A stretch of 64,000 bases of DNA from an uncultured Acidobacteriota bacterium. GTDB taxonomy: Bacteria > Acidobacteriota > Vicinamibacteria > Fen-336. A program made the translations under genes and the position numbers. Below the pieces are notes generated by a model, which worked only from the letters and a program-made list of their open reading frames with translations, did not search any database and was not told the origin of the DNA. This document shows positions 25,877 to 36,887 of this stretch, in pieces. The DNA lies in NCBI GenBank assembly GCA_963700695.1, contig CAVOYO010000004.1, positions 263,959 through 327,958 on the forward strand, written 5' to 3'. Each line of letters opens with the position of its first letter. The first letter of the stretch is position 1.

Positions 25877-27948
25877 AGCGCGAGTACCCGAGGACCCGGG
25901 CCGTCGACGTCGTCGACGACTACTTCGGGACGCCGGTGAAGGACCCGTATCGGTGGCTGGAGGACGACAACAGCCCCGAGACGAAGGCCTGGGTCGAGGC
26001 CCAGAACCAGGTCACCTTCGCCTTCCTCGAGTCGATCCCGGAGCGGGCCGCCATCCGGAGGCGGGTGACGGAGCTCTGGGACCACGAGCGCTACGGGCTG
26101 CCCTCGAGAGAGGGGCCTTGGACCGTCTTCAGCCGGAACGACGGTCTCCAGAGCCAGCCCGTGATCTACCGGGCGAAGGGGCTCGACGCCGCCCCGGAGG
26201 TGCTCCTCGACCCCAATACGCTCTCGGAGGACGGGACGGTGGCGCTGGCCGAAGGCGGCGCGGCGTTCACGGACGATGGCCGCCACCTGGCCTGGGCCTC
26301 CTCCTCCGGCGGCTCCGACTGGCGGACGTGGCGGGTGCGCGAGGTGGCGACGGGGGAGGACGGGCCGGATCTCGTGAGGTGGTCCAAGTTCAGCGCCGCC
26401 GCCTGGAAGAAGGACGGCTCCGGCTTCTACTACTCCCGCTTCGCCGAGCCGAAAGAGGGCGACGCCCTCACCGGCGTCAACAAGAACCAGAAGGTCTACT
26501 TCCACCGTGTCGGCACGTCGCAGGACGGGGACGAGCTCGTCTACGAGCGCCCGGATCACCCGGACTGGAGCCTCGGCGCGGCGGTGACCGACGACGGCCG
26601 CTTCCTGCTCGTGTACCAGCACGAGGGCACGGACCCGAAGAACCGGATCTTCCTGCGGGACCTGGAAGACCCGCTGGGCGCAATCGACCCCTTCCTCGAC
26701 GCCTTCGACGCCCACTACGAGGCCGTGGGCAACGACGGCGACGTCTTCTACGTCCGGACGACCAAAGACGCCGGGCGCTACCGACTGGTCGCCATCGATC
26801 GGCGGAACCCCGACCCCAGACGGTGGCGGACGATCATCCCCGAGGATCCGGACAAGGCGGTGCTGTCGAGCGTGACCATGATCGGCGACCGCTTCGTGGT
26901 GGTGTGGGAGGTGGACGCGCACCACGTCCTCCGGGTCCACGGGAAGGACGGCACGGTCGAGCAGGAGGTCGAGCTGCCCGGGCTCGGCGAGGTCACGGTG
27001 GAGGGCAAGCGCCGCGACGCCGAGTTCTTCTACTCCTACATGTCCTGGGCCTGGCCGACGACCATCTACAGATGCGATCCGGCCACGGGGGAGAGCGCCG
27101 TCTTTCGCAAGCCCGACGTCGTCTTCGACCCCGAGGCCTACGAGACCACGCAGGTCTTCTATGCCTCGAAGGACGGGACGAAGGTCCCGATGTTCCTCGT
27201 CCATCGCAAGGGTCTGGAGCAGGACGGGCGGAATCCGACGGTTCTCTACGGCTACGGCGGCTTCAACGTCTCGATGACGCCGGGCTTCTCGCTGTCCATC
27301 GTGACCTGGCTCGAGATGGGCGGGGTCTGGGCGGTAGCCAACCTGCGCGGGGGCGGGGAGTACGGTCGGGAGTGGCACGAGGCGGGGCGGCTCGACAAGA
27401 AGCAGAACACCTTCGACGACTTCATCGCTGCCGCCGAGTACCTGATCGACGAAAGGTACACCGCCACCCCGAAGCTGGCGATCTACGGCGGCAGCAACGG
27501 CGGGCTCCTCGTGGGGGCGGTGCTCAACCAGCGCCCCGACCTCTTCGGCGCGGCGATCCCCGCGGTCGGCGTCATGGACATGCTCCGCTTCCACGAGTTC
27601 ACCATCGGATGGGCCTGGAAGTCCGACTACGGCAGCTCGGAGACGAAGGAGGGCTTCGACGCCCTCATGGCGTACTCGCCCCTCCACAACATCCGTCCCG
27701 GGACCGAGTACCCGGCGGTCCTGATCACGACCGCCGACCACGACGACCGGGTCGTGCCCGCCCACAGCTTCAAGTACGCGGCGACGCTCCAGCCTGCCCA
27801 GGGCGGAGACGCCCCCGTTCTGATCCGCATCGAGACCCGGGCCGGCCACGGCGCCGGCAAGCCCACCACCAAGCTGATCGAGGACGTCGCGGACAAGTGG
27901 GCGTTCCTGGTCCGGGTTCTCGCAATGAAGGTCCCCGACAACTGGTGA
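25873..27948 (+). CDS. Prolyl oligopeptidase (peptidase S9A), intact 691 aa
   Basis: VDDYFGTPVKDPYRWLEDDNSPETKAWVEAQNQVT, a beta-propeller region, and a catalytic domain with the GGSNGGLLVG nucleophile elbow, ...ADHDDRV... and RAGHGAGKP. Confidence 0.9.
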   Translation: MKREYPRTRAVDVVDDYFGTPVKDPYRWLEDDNSPETKAWVEAQNQVTFAFLESIPERAAIRRRVTELWDHERYGLPSREGPWTVFSRNDGLQSQPVIYRAKGLDAAPEVLLDPNTLSEDGTVALAEGGAAFTDDGRHLAWASSSGGSDWRTWRVREVATGEDGPDLVRWSKFSAAAWKKDGSGFYYSRFAEPKEGDALTGVNKNQKVYFHRVGTSQDGDELVYERPDHPDWSLGAAVTDDGRFLLVYQHEGTDPKNRIFLRDLEDPLGAIDPFLDAFDAHYEAVGNDGDVFYVRTTKDAGRYRLVAIDRRNPDPRRWRTIIPEDPDKAVLSSVTMIGDRFVVVWEVDAHHVLRVHGKDGTVEQEVELPGLGEVTVEGKRRDAEFFYSYMSWAWPTTIYRCDPATGESAVFRKPDVVFDPEAYETTQVFYASKDGTKVPMFLVHRKGLEQDGRNPTVLYGYGGFNVSMTPGFSLSIVTWLEMGGVWAVANLRGGGEYGREWHEAGRLDKKQNTFDDFIAAAEYLIDERYTATPKLAIYGGSNGGLLVGAVLNQRPDLFGAAIPAVGVMDMLRFHEFTIGWAWKSDYGSSETKEGFDALMAYSPLHNIRPGTEYPAVLITTADHDDRVVPAHSFKYAATLQPAQGGDAPVLIRIETRAGHGAGKPTTKLIEDVADKWAFLVRVLAMKVPDNW

Positions 27949-28035
27949 GGGGCGGGTCTGCCAAGGCTTCCCCGCGCTTGACCGGGGGTGACGGGGCGAG
28001 ACAGGATCAGCGCGCACGAAGCGAGGAGGAACGCC

Positions 28036-28948
28036 ATGGAACGACGTGAGCTGCTGAGGACCACCCTGGCCGCGGGGGCCGCGTTGAGCCTCGGGGCGGT
28101 GCCCACCCGCCGGGCCCTCGGTGCGCCCGTGCGCACCTTCAAGCTCAAGTACGCCCCGCACTTCGGAATGTTCAAGCACCACGCGGGCGAGGACTTCGTC
28201 GACCAGCTCGAGTTCGCGGCCGACCAGGGCTTCACCGCGTTCGAAGACAACGGCATGCCCGACCGGCCGGTCGAGCTCCAGGAGAGAATCGCGGCCGCGA
28301 TGACCCGTCTCGGGATCGAGATGGGCGTCTTCGTGGCGGAGGCGGACTTCGAGAACGTCACCTTCGCCGCGAACACGCCCGAGGTGCGCGAGCTGGTGAC
28401 CAGGAAGGCGAAGGCGGCGGTCGAGGTCGCCAAGCGCGTCAACGCGAAGTGGACGACGGTGGTGCCGGGGCGCTACGACGAGGGCCTCGAGTGGGACTAC
28501 CAGACGGCCAACGTGATCGACAACCTCAAGCGCTTCGCCGAGATCATCGAGCCCGCACGGCCTGGTGATGGTGCTGGAGCCGCTCAACCCCTGGCGGAAT
28601 CACCCGGGGCTGTTCCTCACGAAGATCCCGCAGGCCTTCATGATCTGCCAGGCGGTGGGCAGCCCGTCGTGCAAGATCCTCGACGACCTGTACCACCAGC
28701 AGATCACCGAGGGCAACCTGATCCCCAACATCGACCGGAGCTGGGACGAGATCGCCTACTTCCAGGTGGGCGACAATCCCGGCCGCAAGGAGCCGACCAC
28801 CGGCGAGATCAACTACCGGAACGTCTTCAAGCACATCCACGGCAAGGGCTTCACCGGCATCGTCGGCATGGAGCACGGCAACTCGAAGCCGGGCAAAGCG
28901 GGGGAGCGGGCGGTCATCGACGCGTACGTCTCCTGCGACTCGTTCTAG
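28036..28948 (+). CDS. Tat-exported xylose-isomerase-like TIM-barrel protein (hydroxypyruvate isomerase family); one frame break near 28555
   Basis: Twin-arginine signal MERRELLRTTLAAGAALSLGA, then KLKYAPHFGMFKHHAG...GFTAFEDNGM. After the shift it reads VMVLEPLNPWRNHPGLFLT...CKILDDLYHQQITEGNL...IAYFQVGDNPGRKEPTTGEINY...GIVGMEHG. Confidence 0.75.
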
Positions 28949-29443
28949 AAGTCGTTCCGAGTCTGGATCGCGTCGCGAGTTGCCGGAGCAAGACACGGCG
29001 GGTCATTCTGGAGCAGGGAACCGGCCGTGCCGGGTTGCCTCGGGCAAAGGACCACGGAAGGAAGGTCATCGCGGCGCCGGCACCGGGCGCGCCAGGGGCC
29101 CGCGGAGCGGGGCGTGGAGCGGGCCCCTGAAGCGCCGCCGCCGCGCAGCCCAGGGGCTCGTGGTCCTTTTGGCAGTGGTCGACCGGCGAGGCCGTGGCCC
29201 GAAGAACCTCTTCGTCAGGTCACCGGAGAGATCCTTCGTCGCACGTCCGCAACTGGCTCCTCAGGACGACCGTGTCCTCAGCAGGAGCCCCCTTCCGTCG
29301 GCCCGGGATGTACGGCCAGCACTGGCTCAACGTCAAGCTCGAGAAGAGCCTGGTGCGAATGCCTTTCCGGATCAGATGCGCTATTCTCAAGGGTCCCCAC
29401 TGGGGCCTCACCCCACAAGGCTGTGACATTGGAGGAGGATGAC

Positions 29444-31010
29444 TTGAAGAGAGCGTTCATGACGGTACTCGCGGTCGGAGTGGCCTTGGCTCTGGCCGCC
29501 GCACCCGCACCGGCCGAGGCGCAGGGACAGAAGCCCAACATCCTGGTGGTCTGGGGCGACGACGTCGGGCAGTCGAACATCAGCGCCTACACCCGGGGGA
29601 TGATGGGCTACCGCACCCCCCACATCGACCGCATCGCCGACGAGGGGATGATCTTCACCGACTACTACGGCGAGCAGAGCTGCACCGCCGGCCGCTCGTC
29701 GTTCATCACCGGCCAGAGCGTCTTCCGGACCGGCCTGAGCAAGGTCGGCCTGCCGGGGGCCGACCTGGGCCTGCGGACCGAGGATCCGACGATCGCCGGG
29801 CTCCTGAAGGCCCAGGGCTACGCTACCGGGCAGTTCGGGAAGAACCACCTCGGCGACAAGGACGAGTTCCTGCCCACGAACCACGGCTTCGACGAGTTCT
29901 TCGGCAACCTCTACCACCTGAACGCCGAGGAGGAGCCGGAGAACGAGGACTACCCGGCCGACATGGTGACCGCCGACGGCCGGACCTTCCGCGAGCGGTT
30001 CGGCCCACGCGGCGTGATCCACAGCTTCGCCGACGGGCGGATCGAGGACACCGGTCCGCTGACGAAGAAGCGGATGGAGACCGTCGACGACGAGACGGTG
30101 GCGGCGGCGATCGACTTCATCAAGCGCCAGAACGCGGCGGGCACGCCGTTCTTCGTGTGGTGGAGCGGCACGCGGATGCACTTCCGGACCCACGTGAAGG
30201 CGGAGCACCGCGGGCATCTCCGGCCAGGACGAGTACTCCGACGGCATGGTCGAGCACGACATGCACATCGGGCAGTTCCTGGACCTGCTGGACGAGCTCG
30301 GCATCGCCGACGACACGATCGTCTTCTACTCGACCGACAACGGACCGCACTACAACACCTGGCCGGATGCCGCCTCGACCCCCTTCCGGGGCGAGAAGAA
30401 CACCAACTGGGAGGGCGGCTGGCGGGTGCCGGCCATGGTGCGCTGGCCCGGCAAGATCGAGGCCGGCTCGGTCACCAACGAGATCGTGCACCACATGGAC
30501 TGGCTGCCGACCTTCCTGGCCGTCGCCGGCGCGCCCGACATCAAGGAGGAGCTCAAGAGCGGCGGGGTCCAGGCCATCGGACGCACCTACAAGGTCCACC
30601 TCGACGGGTACGACATCCTGCCCCTGCTCACCGGGAAGACGGAGAAGAGCCCGCGCCACGAGATCTTCTACTTCTCCGACGACGGCGACCTGACCGCGCT
30701 GCGCTACGACGACTGGAAGCTGATCTTCATGGAGCAGAAGACCGCGGGCAGATTCCGGGTGTGGATGGAGCCGTTCGTGCCGCTCCGGGTGCCCCTGATC
30801 TTCAACCTGCGGCGCGACCCCTACGAGCGCGCGGAGATCACCTCGAACACCTACTACGACTGGCTGCTCGACCGGGCCTACCTGCTGGTGCCGGCCCAGA
30901 CCTACGTGGGCCGGTTCCTCCAGACGTTCCAGGAGTTCCCGCCGCGCCAGAAGGCGGCCAGCTTCAGCCTCGACCAGGTGATGGAGAAGCTCGCTCCGAC
31001 GAGCCACTGA
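29444..31010 (+). CDS. Arylsulfatase (formylglycine-type, Cys class); one frame break near 30211
   Basis: Signal peptide (L)KRAFMTVLAVGVALALAAAPAPAEA, then PNILVVWGDDVGQSN and the sulfatase signature SCTAGRSSFITG (C-x-A-x-R). The C-terminal frame gives MVEHDMHIGQFLD...FYSTDNGPH...GEKNTNWEGGWRVPAMVRWPG. The TTG at 29444 follows ggaggagg; an alternative ATG lies at 29459. Confidence 0.8.
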
Positions 31011-31022
31011 CGTTGACGGCGA

Positions 31023-31062
31023 GCGGCCGGACGCCCCGGCGAGATGCGGGATGTCCGGCCGC
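31023..31062 (+). terminator. Hairpin (10-bp perfect stem GCGGCCGGAC / GTCCGGCCGC) 13 nt after the arylsulfatase stop
   Basis: Stem at 31023-31032 and 31053-31062 with a 20-nt loop. No clear U-tract. Confidence 0.45.
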
Positions 31063-31161
31063 GCCGCGTGCCGTTTGCCCGTGGCGGATCCGTCGCGGGC
31101 ATCACTCTCCCTACCCACAACCCGGGGCCGCTCGCCGTCCGGTCGACCGTGGGCGTCACTT

Positions 31162-31461
31162 GACGAGGACTTCGGCTGGCTGATCAACTACTCGCCCTCG
31201 GCATCGCGGTGGTTCGACGGCTACTTTGCGGTGGGCCTCGAGTGGGACTACCAGGTCGTGAACGGGGGCGCGTCGACCAAGCGCTACGCCGTGACCGAAA
31301 GCGGGATCAAGTTCCGGTTCGATCTCACGCGCACGCCGCTGAGGTTCATGAGGAAGCGGGGGACCACGTTCTGGGGCCTGCGCGCGGGGATCCAGTTCCG
31401 CGGGGTCTGGAGCTTCGACAACATCGGATACGTCTTCGAGTTCGGGGCCGGGAGCTGGTAG
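31162..31461 (+). pseudogene. Probable C-terminal remnant of an outer-membrane beta-barrel gene
   Basis: DEDFGWLINYSPSASRWFDGYFAVGLEWDYQVVNGGASTKRYAVTESGIKFRFDL...TFWGLRAGIQFRGVWSFDNIGYVFEFGAGSW* has alternating beta-strand character and a terminal aromatic residue. No plausible start or signal peptide lies upstream in frame. Confidence 0.4.
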
Positions 31462-31507
31462 GTCGGCCGGGCCCGCAGCCTACCCGGAGCAGGCGGTGGC
31501 TCCTTGC

Positions 31508-32765
31508 TCAGCTTCCGATGCAGATCAGCTCGCGGTCCGTCCTGAAGAACCAGCGTCCCTCCACCAGGGCGGGCGAGGCCAGCGTCCGCGCGTTCAGCTG
31601 GTTGACGTGAAGGATCTCGAGCTTCGGTCCCGCCTTCAGGACGAAGGTCTCCCCGCTGTCGTTCGTGAAGAAGACCTTGCCGTCGACCAGCACCGGTGAC
31701 GCCGAGAAGCTCTCCTTCTGCGGTTTCCCGAGCCTCCCCTGGAAGAGGAGCTTGCCCGGTCTTCGCCTCGTAGCTGGTCACGACGCTCGACATATCGTTC
31801 ACCATGTAGAGCTGGTCCCCGACCACGATCGTCGACGGGATGAAGGGCGAGCCCTTGACCGTTTGCCAGGCCACGTGGGTGTCGGTGACGTCGCCCTTTC
31901 CCCCGGGGCGGATGGCCAGCGTCGGGCCGGCGCGACCGGAGGAGCAGAAGACGAGCCCGTGGCCCACGGTGGGCGTGGGGATGACCTCGAACGTGTTGCC
32001 TCCGGCGGTCCACAGTGGCGTGCCGGTCTTCGGATCGTAGGCGTTCACCTCGTCCTCGCTCGAGACGATGAGCTCGTCGCGACCGCCGGCCCGGATGACG
32101 ATCGGCGTCCCCCATCCGATCTTGGCCTTGCGGTCGGTCCACCACCTCGTCTTTCCGGTCTCCGTGTCGAAGGCGGCGACGAAGGACCGGCCCTTGTGGT
32201 CCTGGTAGAGGATGACGGTGTCCTTGTAGAGGACCGGGGAGCCGGCGGTCCCGTGGTAGTTGTCGAGGGATCCGAGCGGGTGCTGCCAGAGGATCTTCCC
32301 GTCGAAGTCGACCGCGGCGAGGCCGTGGGTGCCGAAGGAGGCGTAGACACGCGTCCCGTCGGTCACCGGCGTGGCCGATGCGTGTCCGTTCTTCCGGTGG
32401 CCAGGCTCCACGCCCTGGTGGGGGATCGGGGTCTCCCACAGGAGTGTCCCGTCCGAACGTCGGAAGCAGAGGATCGACAGCCGCTCGCCGCCGTCCCGCG
32501 CCGTGGTGAGGAAGATCCGCTCGCCCCAGACGATCGGAGACGAGTTGCCCGCTCCGGGCAGCGCCACCTTCCAGAGCACGTTTTCCGTGTTCGACCAGGT
32601 GTCGGGGTAGCCCGAGCCCACGACGTAGCCCTGAGCGGAGGGACCGCGCCAGCCGGGCCAGAACGTGCGGCCCTCCCCGTCGACCGTGAGCATGCGGACG
32701 TCGTCCGACGCCAGACCAAAGGTCGACAGGATGAGGGCCAGACCGGTGGTGAGGATTCGCTTCAT
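31508..32765 (-). CDS. Secreted PQQ-like beta-propeller repeat protein (BamB-like fold); frame-disrupted near 31700-31760
   Basis: MKRILTTGLALILSTFGLAS, then repeated propeller blades (LWKVALPGAGNSSPIVWGERIFLTT..., GTLLWETPI..., GKILWQHPLG..., GKTRWWTDR..., GTPLWTAGG...). The C-terminal blade is in ORF 31508..31693 (VLVDGKVFFTNDSGETFVLKAG...PALVEGRWFFRTDRELICIGS). An aggagg SD precedes the ATG at 32765. Confidence 0.75.
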
Positions 32766-32941
32766 CAACACCCTCCTGTGGCCCCTTGTTGCCGCGTTCG
32801 GGAACGGCCTCCCGAGGATGGCGTCACCGGATCCTGCCGGGGAAAGGGATCAAAGAATCGAGTCCATATCGTACCGCGCCGCACCGCCGAGGCCGCCTCA
32901 CGCCCAGGACCGTCCCGAGCGGTCAGCCGGTGGAGACGCGC

Positions 32942-34180
32942 TCAGGAGAACGCGGCGAAGCTCCGCTCGATGATTCCGATCCCCTCGCGGACCTGGGGCT
33001 CGGTGATCACGAGCGGCGGAGCGAATCGGATGATGTGGTCGTGGGTGGGCTTGGCCAGGAGCCCGTTGTCCTTGAGCTTCAGGCACACGTCCCACGCGGT
33101 CTTGCCCCCCTGGGGCCGAACCACGACCGCGTTCAGCAGGCCCTTGCCGCGCACGAGATCGATCATCGGGTGCTCGATGGCCCGGAGCCCGGCTCGGAAG
33201 ACCTCCCCCATTCGGGACGCGTTCTCGGCAAGGTTCTCCTCGCGCAGGACCTCGAGGGCGGCCACCGCGATGCGGGCGGCGAGGGGGTTGCCGCCGAAGG
33301 TGGAGCCGTGCTGGCCCGGCTCGATCGTGAGCATCACGGCGTCGTCGGCGAGGACCGCGCTCACCGGGTACATGCCGCCGGAGAGGGCCTTGCCCAGGAT
33401 CAGGACGTCGGGCCGGACGCCCTCGTGGTCGCAGGCCAGCATCTTCCCGGTGCGAGCGAGACCCGTCTGGACCTCGTCGGCCACGAAAAGGACGTGGCGT
33501 GACGTGCACAGATCGCGGACGCCCTTCAGGTAGCCGTCGGCGGGGACCACGACCCCAGCCTCTCCCTGGATTGGCTCGACGAGGAAAGCGCACACCGTGG
33601 GGTCCGCGAGCGCCCTCTCGAGGGCGACGAGGTCGTCGTACGGGATCTTCACGAAGCCGGGAGTGTAGGGGCCGAATCCCGCGTAGCTGTCCGGGTCGGT
33701 GCTGGCGGAGACGATGGTGATGGTGCGCCCGTGGAAGTTCCCCTCGCAGACGACCACCTTCGCCTGGTCCTCGTGGATGCTCTTCTTGGCGTAGCCCCAC
33801 CGCCGGGCGAGCTTGAGGGCGGTCTCGACGCCCTCTGCACCCGAGTTCATGGGCAGTACCTTGTCGAACCCGAACAGCTCGGTGACGTGCTTCTCGAACG
33901 GGCCGAGGGCGTCGTTGTAGAACGCCCGGCTCGTGAGGGCGAGGCGGTGCGCCTGATCGACCATGGCCTCGACGATCTTCGGGTGGCCGTGGCCCTGGTT
34001 GACCGCCGAGTAGGCGGAGAGGAAATCGAAATAGCGGCGGCCCTCCGGGTCCCACAGGAAGACACCCTCGCCGCGGCTGAGAACGACGGGAAGAGGATGG
34101 TAGTTGTGGGCCCCATGACGGGCCTCGAGCTCCATCGCCTGCTCAGAGCTGGGCTGGTTCGTGGTCAGGGTGGTGGCCAT
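32942..34180 (-). CDS. rocD: Ornithine--oxo-acid aminotransferase (class III PLP aminotransferase), intact
   Basis: From the internal ATG after ggagga: [73 protein letters not shown]...[14 protein letters not shown]...[12 protein letters not shown]...STFGGNPLA. Confidence 0.85.
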   Translation of the reverse strand: MATTLTTNQPSSEQAMELEARHGAHNYHPLPVVLSRGEGVFLWDPEGRRYFDFLSAYSAVNQGHGHPKIVEAMVDQAHRLALTSRAFYNDALGPFEKHVTELFGFDKVLPMNSGAEGVETALKLARRWGYAKKSIHEDQAKVVVCEGNFHGRTITIVSASTDPDSYAGFGPYTPGFVKIPYDDLVALERALADPTVCAFLVEPIQGEAGVVVPADGYLKGVRDLCTSRHVLFVADEVQTGLARTGKMLACDHEGVRPDVLILGKALSGGMYPVSAVLADDAVMLTIEPGQHGSTFGGNPLAARIAVAALEVLREENLAENASRMGEVFRAGLRAIEHPMIDLVRGKGLLNAVVVRPQGGKTAWDVCLKLKDNGLLAKPTHDHIIRFAPPLVITEPQVREGIGIIERSFAAFS

Positions 34181-34327
34181 ACGCTTCCTCCGCGAGAGTA
34201 GGACCGATAGCGGCTCGCCGGGGGGTGCGACCGCGCAGACAGCGTAGCACGGGCTTCGGCGCGGAGAGCCTCGTTCGCTCCCTACGGGCCGCCGCGCCCG
34301 ACACCTCACTCACGCGAGGCGACCCGG

Positions 34328-36667
34328 TCAGCCCTTTCGGTGGAGAGCCGCGCCGAGCACGAACACGAGCGCGGCCGCGGACCACGCCAATCCAAAGAGG
34401 ACGGCCTTCGGCCGATACACGAAGGCGAGCTCGTGCGTCCCCCGGGAGACACGAACGGCCCGAAAGACGACGTTCGCGCGCTCGATCTCGGCGGGAACGC
34501 CGTCCACCGTGACGCTCCAACCGGGATCGAATGCCTCGAGCAGGACGACGTAGCCGTCCCGGTCGAGCTCGGCCTGCAGCCGCACCCGATCGGCGCGCAG
34601 CTCGTGGATCTGCACCACCCCGGGGAACGCCGGAAGGTTGCGGACGTTCGGCGACGACAACGGAGCCGCGGTCCGTGCCGAGCTCAAGAGGACCTCGCGA
34701 CGGGGATCGAACCCGCTCCCCGCAAACACCGCCGTCTCGTTGGCCGTGTCGACGGGATGCGCGGCGCTCACGACGTAGGCACGCGGGAACCGCACGGGCA
34801 TCCGGAGCAGGTGGATCGGTTCGGGAAGGAGCGTGGACCGCCGGGCAACGGACGTCAGCCCGCCCAGACCCTGGAGATGCAGCGTCACGAGGTGGCTCAC
34901 GCCGGTCCGCTCCAGCAGCCGCAGGAACTCGGCGCTGCCGGCCACATCGACGAAGAAGCGCAGGAGCCGGGCCTGGTCGCGATCGGCGATGCCGGCGATG
35001 TCGGGGTCGAAGCTGCCGAAGAGGCCGAAGGCGCCGCCCAGCGGCGGATGGAGCATCTCTCGCGCGACGTGGGTGCCCGCCATCGCCTCGGTCCAGCCGG
35101 TCGGGACACCGCGATACTGGCGCGCCCATGGCCGCCCGAGGTAGCGCGCCGCGAGGCCCGCATCGTACGGGAAGACACACATCCGCGTCGCTCCGTCGCG
35201 GGCGGCGAGCTGTGCGACGAGCGGCGGCTCGGCGACGAAGTCTCGCGGCGCCGTCGGGTTCACGAGCTGCGTCAGCTGGGTCAGCTCGAGCACGGCAAGC
35301 AGGGCAAGACCTGCCCGACTCACGCCGCGTGGGAGACGAGGCAGCGAGAGCAGAAGAGCGGAGCAGAGGAGCGCGGCCCCCGCGACCAACAGCTCCCGCG
35401 GCACTCCGTCGATCTTGACGGCCCACCAGCCGTAGCCGGCCAGCAAGAGCGCCGAGGCGACGAGCGCGAGCGCGCGAGGGCGGCGCCCCTGGCGCGAGTC
35501 CGACGTCAACGTATCCAGGCCGAGGCCTGCGAGCAACGCCCAGGCGAACGCCACCACGACGAAGGTCTTCTCCGGGTACCTCAGGAGCGCCAGCGGCGGA
35601 AAAGCGTGCAACCCCGCCGCGTAGAGTGGGAGCTGTGTGCCGAGCGCCCACGCGCCCGCGAACAGCACGACCGCTCCCAGCCCGAGGACCGCCCGACGCC
35701 GCGTCGCGATGGCGGCGGCCAGAAGGGGCAGCGAGAGTGCGCCCAGGTAGATCGAATCGAGGAAGCGGTCCCGACCAACGCACGCACCCTCCCTTCCCCC
35801 GGCGTCGCACGGAGCGAGCGGAACGAGCGTCTCGCGCAGCCGCTCCGGGGCGGTTCCGGGCCACCCGCCCGTCGTCGGCTCGAGTGAGACGCGCACCGTC
35901 CTGTGAAGCACCGCGAGGGTCGGAACCCACTGTGCCGCGCTCAGCGAGGCGGCGAGCGTCAAGGCAGCCAGGAGCGACAGCCAGGTGCGCGCCCGCCGTA
36001 CCCCCGGCACCCACACCATTCGCCAGGTCACGAGCAGGGCTCCGAGCACCCAGCTGAAGACGGTCATGTCGGGCGAGCCCGCCACGACCTGCAGGGCCAC
36101 GATGCCGGCCAGCGCGAGCACGTCCTTGCGGCGACCCTCGAGCAGCAGGCGATCGAGGAAGAAGAGGACCCAGGGCATGACGACCGCGCCGCTGAGGTGG
36201 TTCCACACGTTGACGAGCGAGACGTGCGGTCCCGAGGCGACCCACAGCCCGGCGCTCAAGAGGCCTGCCCAGCGCGAAAGGCCCATGCGGCGGGTCAACG
36301 CGAAGACGCCCATGCCCGAGACGACGGACTGCACGACGACGGCGACCGTCAGCTGGACCCACGGTCCCATCAGCAGGTGTAGCCAGGTGAGCGGATAGAA
36401 CACCTGCCGGTTCGGGTTGGCCAGCATCGGCTGGCCAAAGCCCTGGAAGGGATCCCAGACGGGCCACGAACCGCCGGCCAGCGCCCGTACGAAGCTCTGC
36501 ACCTGCTCGAACCAGAGCACGGAGAGATCGCGGTCGAAGAACACCCGTCCCCGGAAGACCGCGTCCGGGAACAGGCACAGGACGAGCACGACGACGGCCG
36601 CGGGAACGGCGGCGCGCTCGATCGCCAGGCGCACCGTGCGGCGCGGACGCGACGCGGTCGAACTCAC
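34328..36667 (-). CDS. Large polytopic membrane protein, YfhO-like (putative glycosyl/lipid transferase family), intact 779 aa
   Basis: About 12 predicted TM segments in the N-terminal 470 aa, a soluble domain, then a terminal TM (LFGLAWSAAALVFVLGAAL). The FDRDLSVLWFEQVQSF...WDPFQGFGQPMLANPNRQVFYPLTWLH pattern is typical of YfhO-type proteins (from memory). Confidence 0.6.
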   Translation of the reverse strand: MSSTASRPRRTVRLAIERAAVPAAVVVLVLCLFPDAVFRGRVFFDRDLSVLWFEQVQSFVRALAGGSWPVWDPFQGFGQPMLANPNRQVFYPLTWLHLLMGPWVQLTVAVVVQSVVSGMGVFALTRRMGLSRWAGLLSAGLWVASGPHVSLVNVWNHLSGAVVMPWVLFFLDRLLLEGRRKDVLALAGIVALQVVAGSPDMTVFSWVLGALLVTWRMVWVPGVRRARTWLSLLAALTLAASLSAAQWVPTLAVLHRTVRVSLEPTTGGWPGTAPERLRETLVPLAPCDAGGREGACVGRDRFLDSIYLGALSLPLLAAAIATRRRAVLGLGAVVLFAGAWALGTQLPLYAAGLHAFPPLALLRYPEKTFVVVAFAWALLAGLGLDTLTSDSRQGRRPRALALVASALLLAGYGWWAVKIDGVPRELLVAGAALLCSALLLSLPRLPRGVSRAGLALLAVLELTQLTQLVNPTAPRDFVAEPPLVAQLAARDGATRMCVFPYDAGLAARYLGRPWARQYRGVPTGWTEAMAGTHVAREMLHPPLGGAFGLFGSFDPDIAGIADRDQARLLRFFVDVAGSAEFLRLLERTGVSHLVTLHLQGLGGLTSVARRSTLLPEPIHLLRMPVRFPRAYVVSAAHPVDTANETAVFAGSGFDPRREVLLSSARTAAPLSSPNVRNLPAFPGVVQIHELRADRVRLQAELDRDGYVVLLEAFDPGWSVTVDGVPAEIERANVVFRAVRVSRGTHELAFVYRPKAVLFGLAWSAAALVFVLGAALHRKG

Positions 36668-36697
36668 GATGCCGAGCAGTCTACATCTTCAGTGTGT

Positions 36698-36773
36698 TGG
36701 TGGACCTGGTCGGGATCGAACCGACGACCTCGTGAATGCCATTCACGCGCGCTCCCAACTGCGCCACAGGCCC
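36698..36773 (-). tRNA. tRNA-Ala(GGC): tRNA-Ala (anticodon GGC), CCA encoded
   Basis: The reverse complement is GGGCCTGTGGCGCAGTTGGGAGCGCGCGTGAATGGCATTCACGAGGTCGTCGGTTCGATCCCGACCAGGTCCACCA. The cloverleaf folds by hand: 7-bp acceptor with the G3:U70 Ala identity pair, D arm GCGC/GCGC, anticodon stem CGTGA/TCACG with loop AT-GGC-AT, and T arm GTCGG TTCGATC CCGAC. Confidence 0.95.
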
Positions 36774-36789
36774 ACAGGGTAGACGGGAA

Positions 36790-36818
36790 GGTTATCAGTT
36801 CGATCACGAGGTGGTCAA
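36790..36818 (-). promoter_or_regulatory. Sigma70-like promoter candidate for the tRNA (TTGACC-N17-ATAACC)
   Basis: On the minus strand: TTGACC (36818-36813), a 17-nt spacer, then ATAACC (36795-36790), 16 nt upstream of the mature tRNA 5' end. Confidence 0.4.
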
Positions 36819-36887
36819 CCGAGCGTCTCCGCCCGGCCAGCGGGCAGCCGCGCTGCTCGGGGGTGGCGCGGACGGAGGCCCCGGCGG

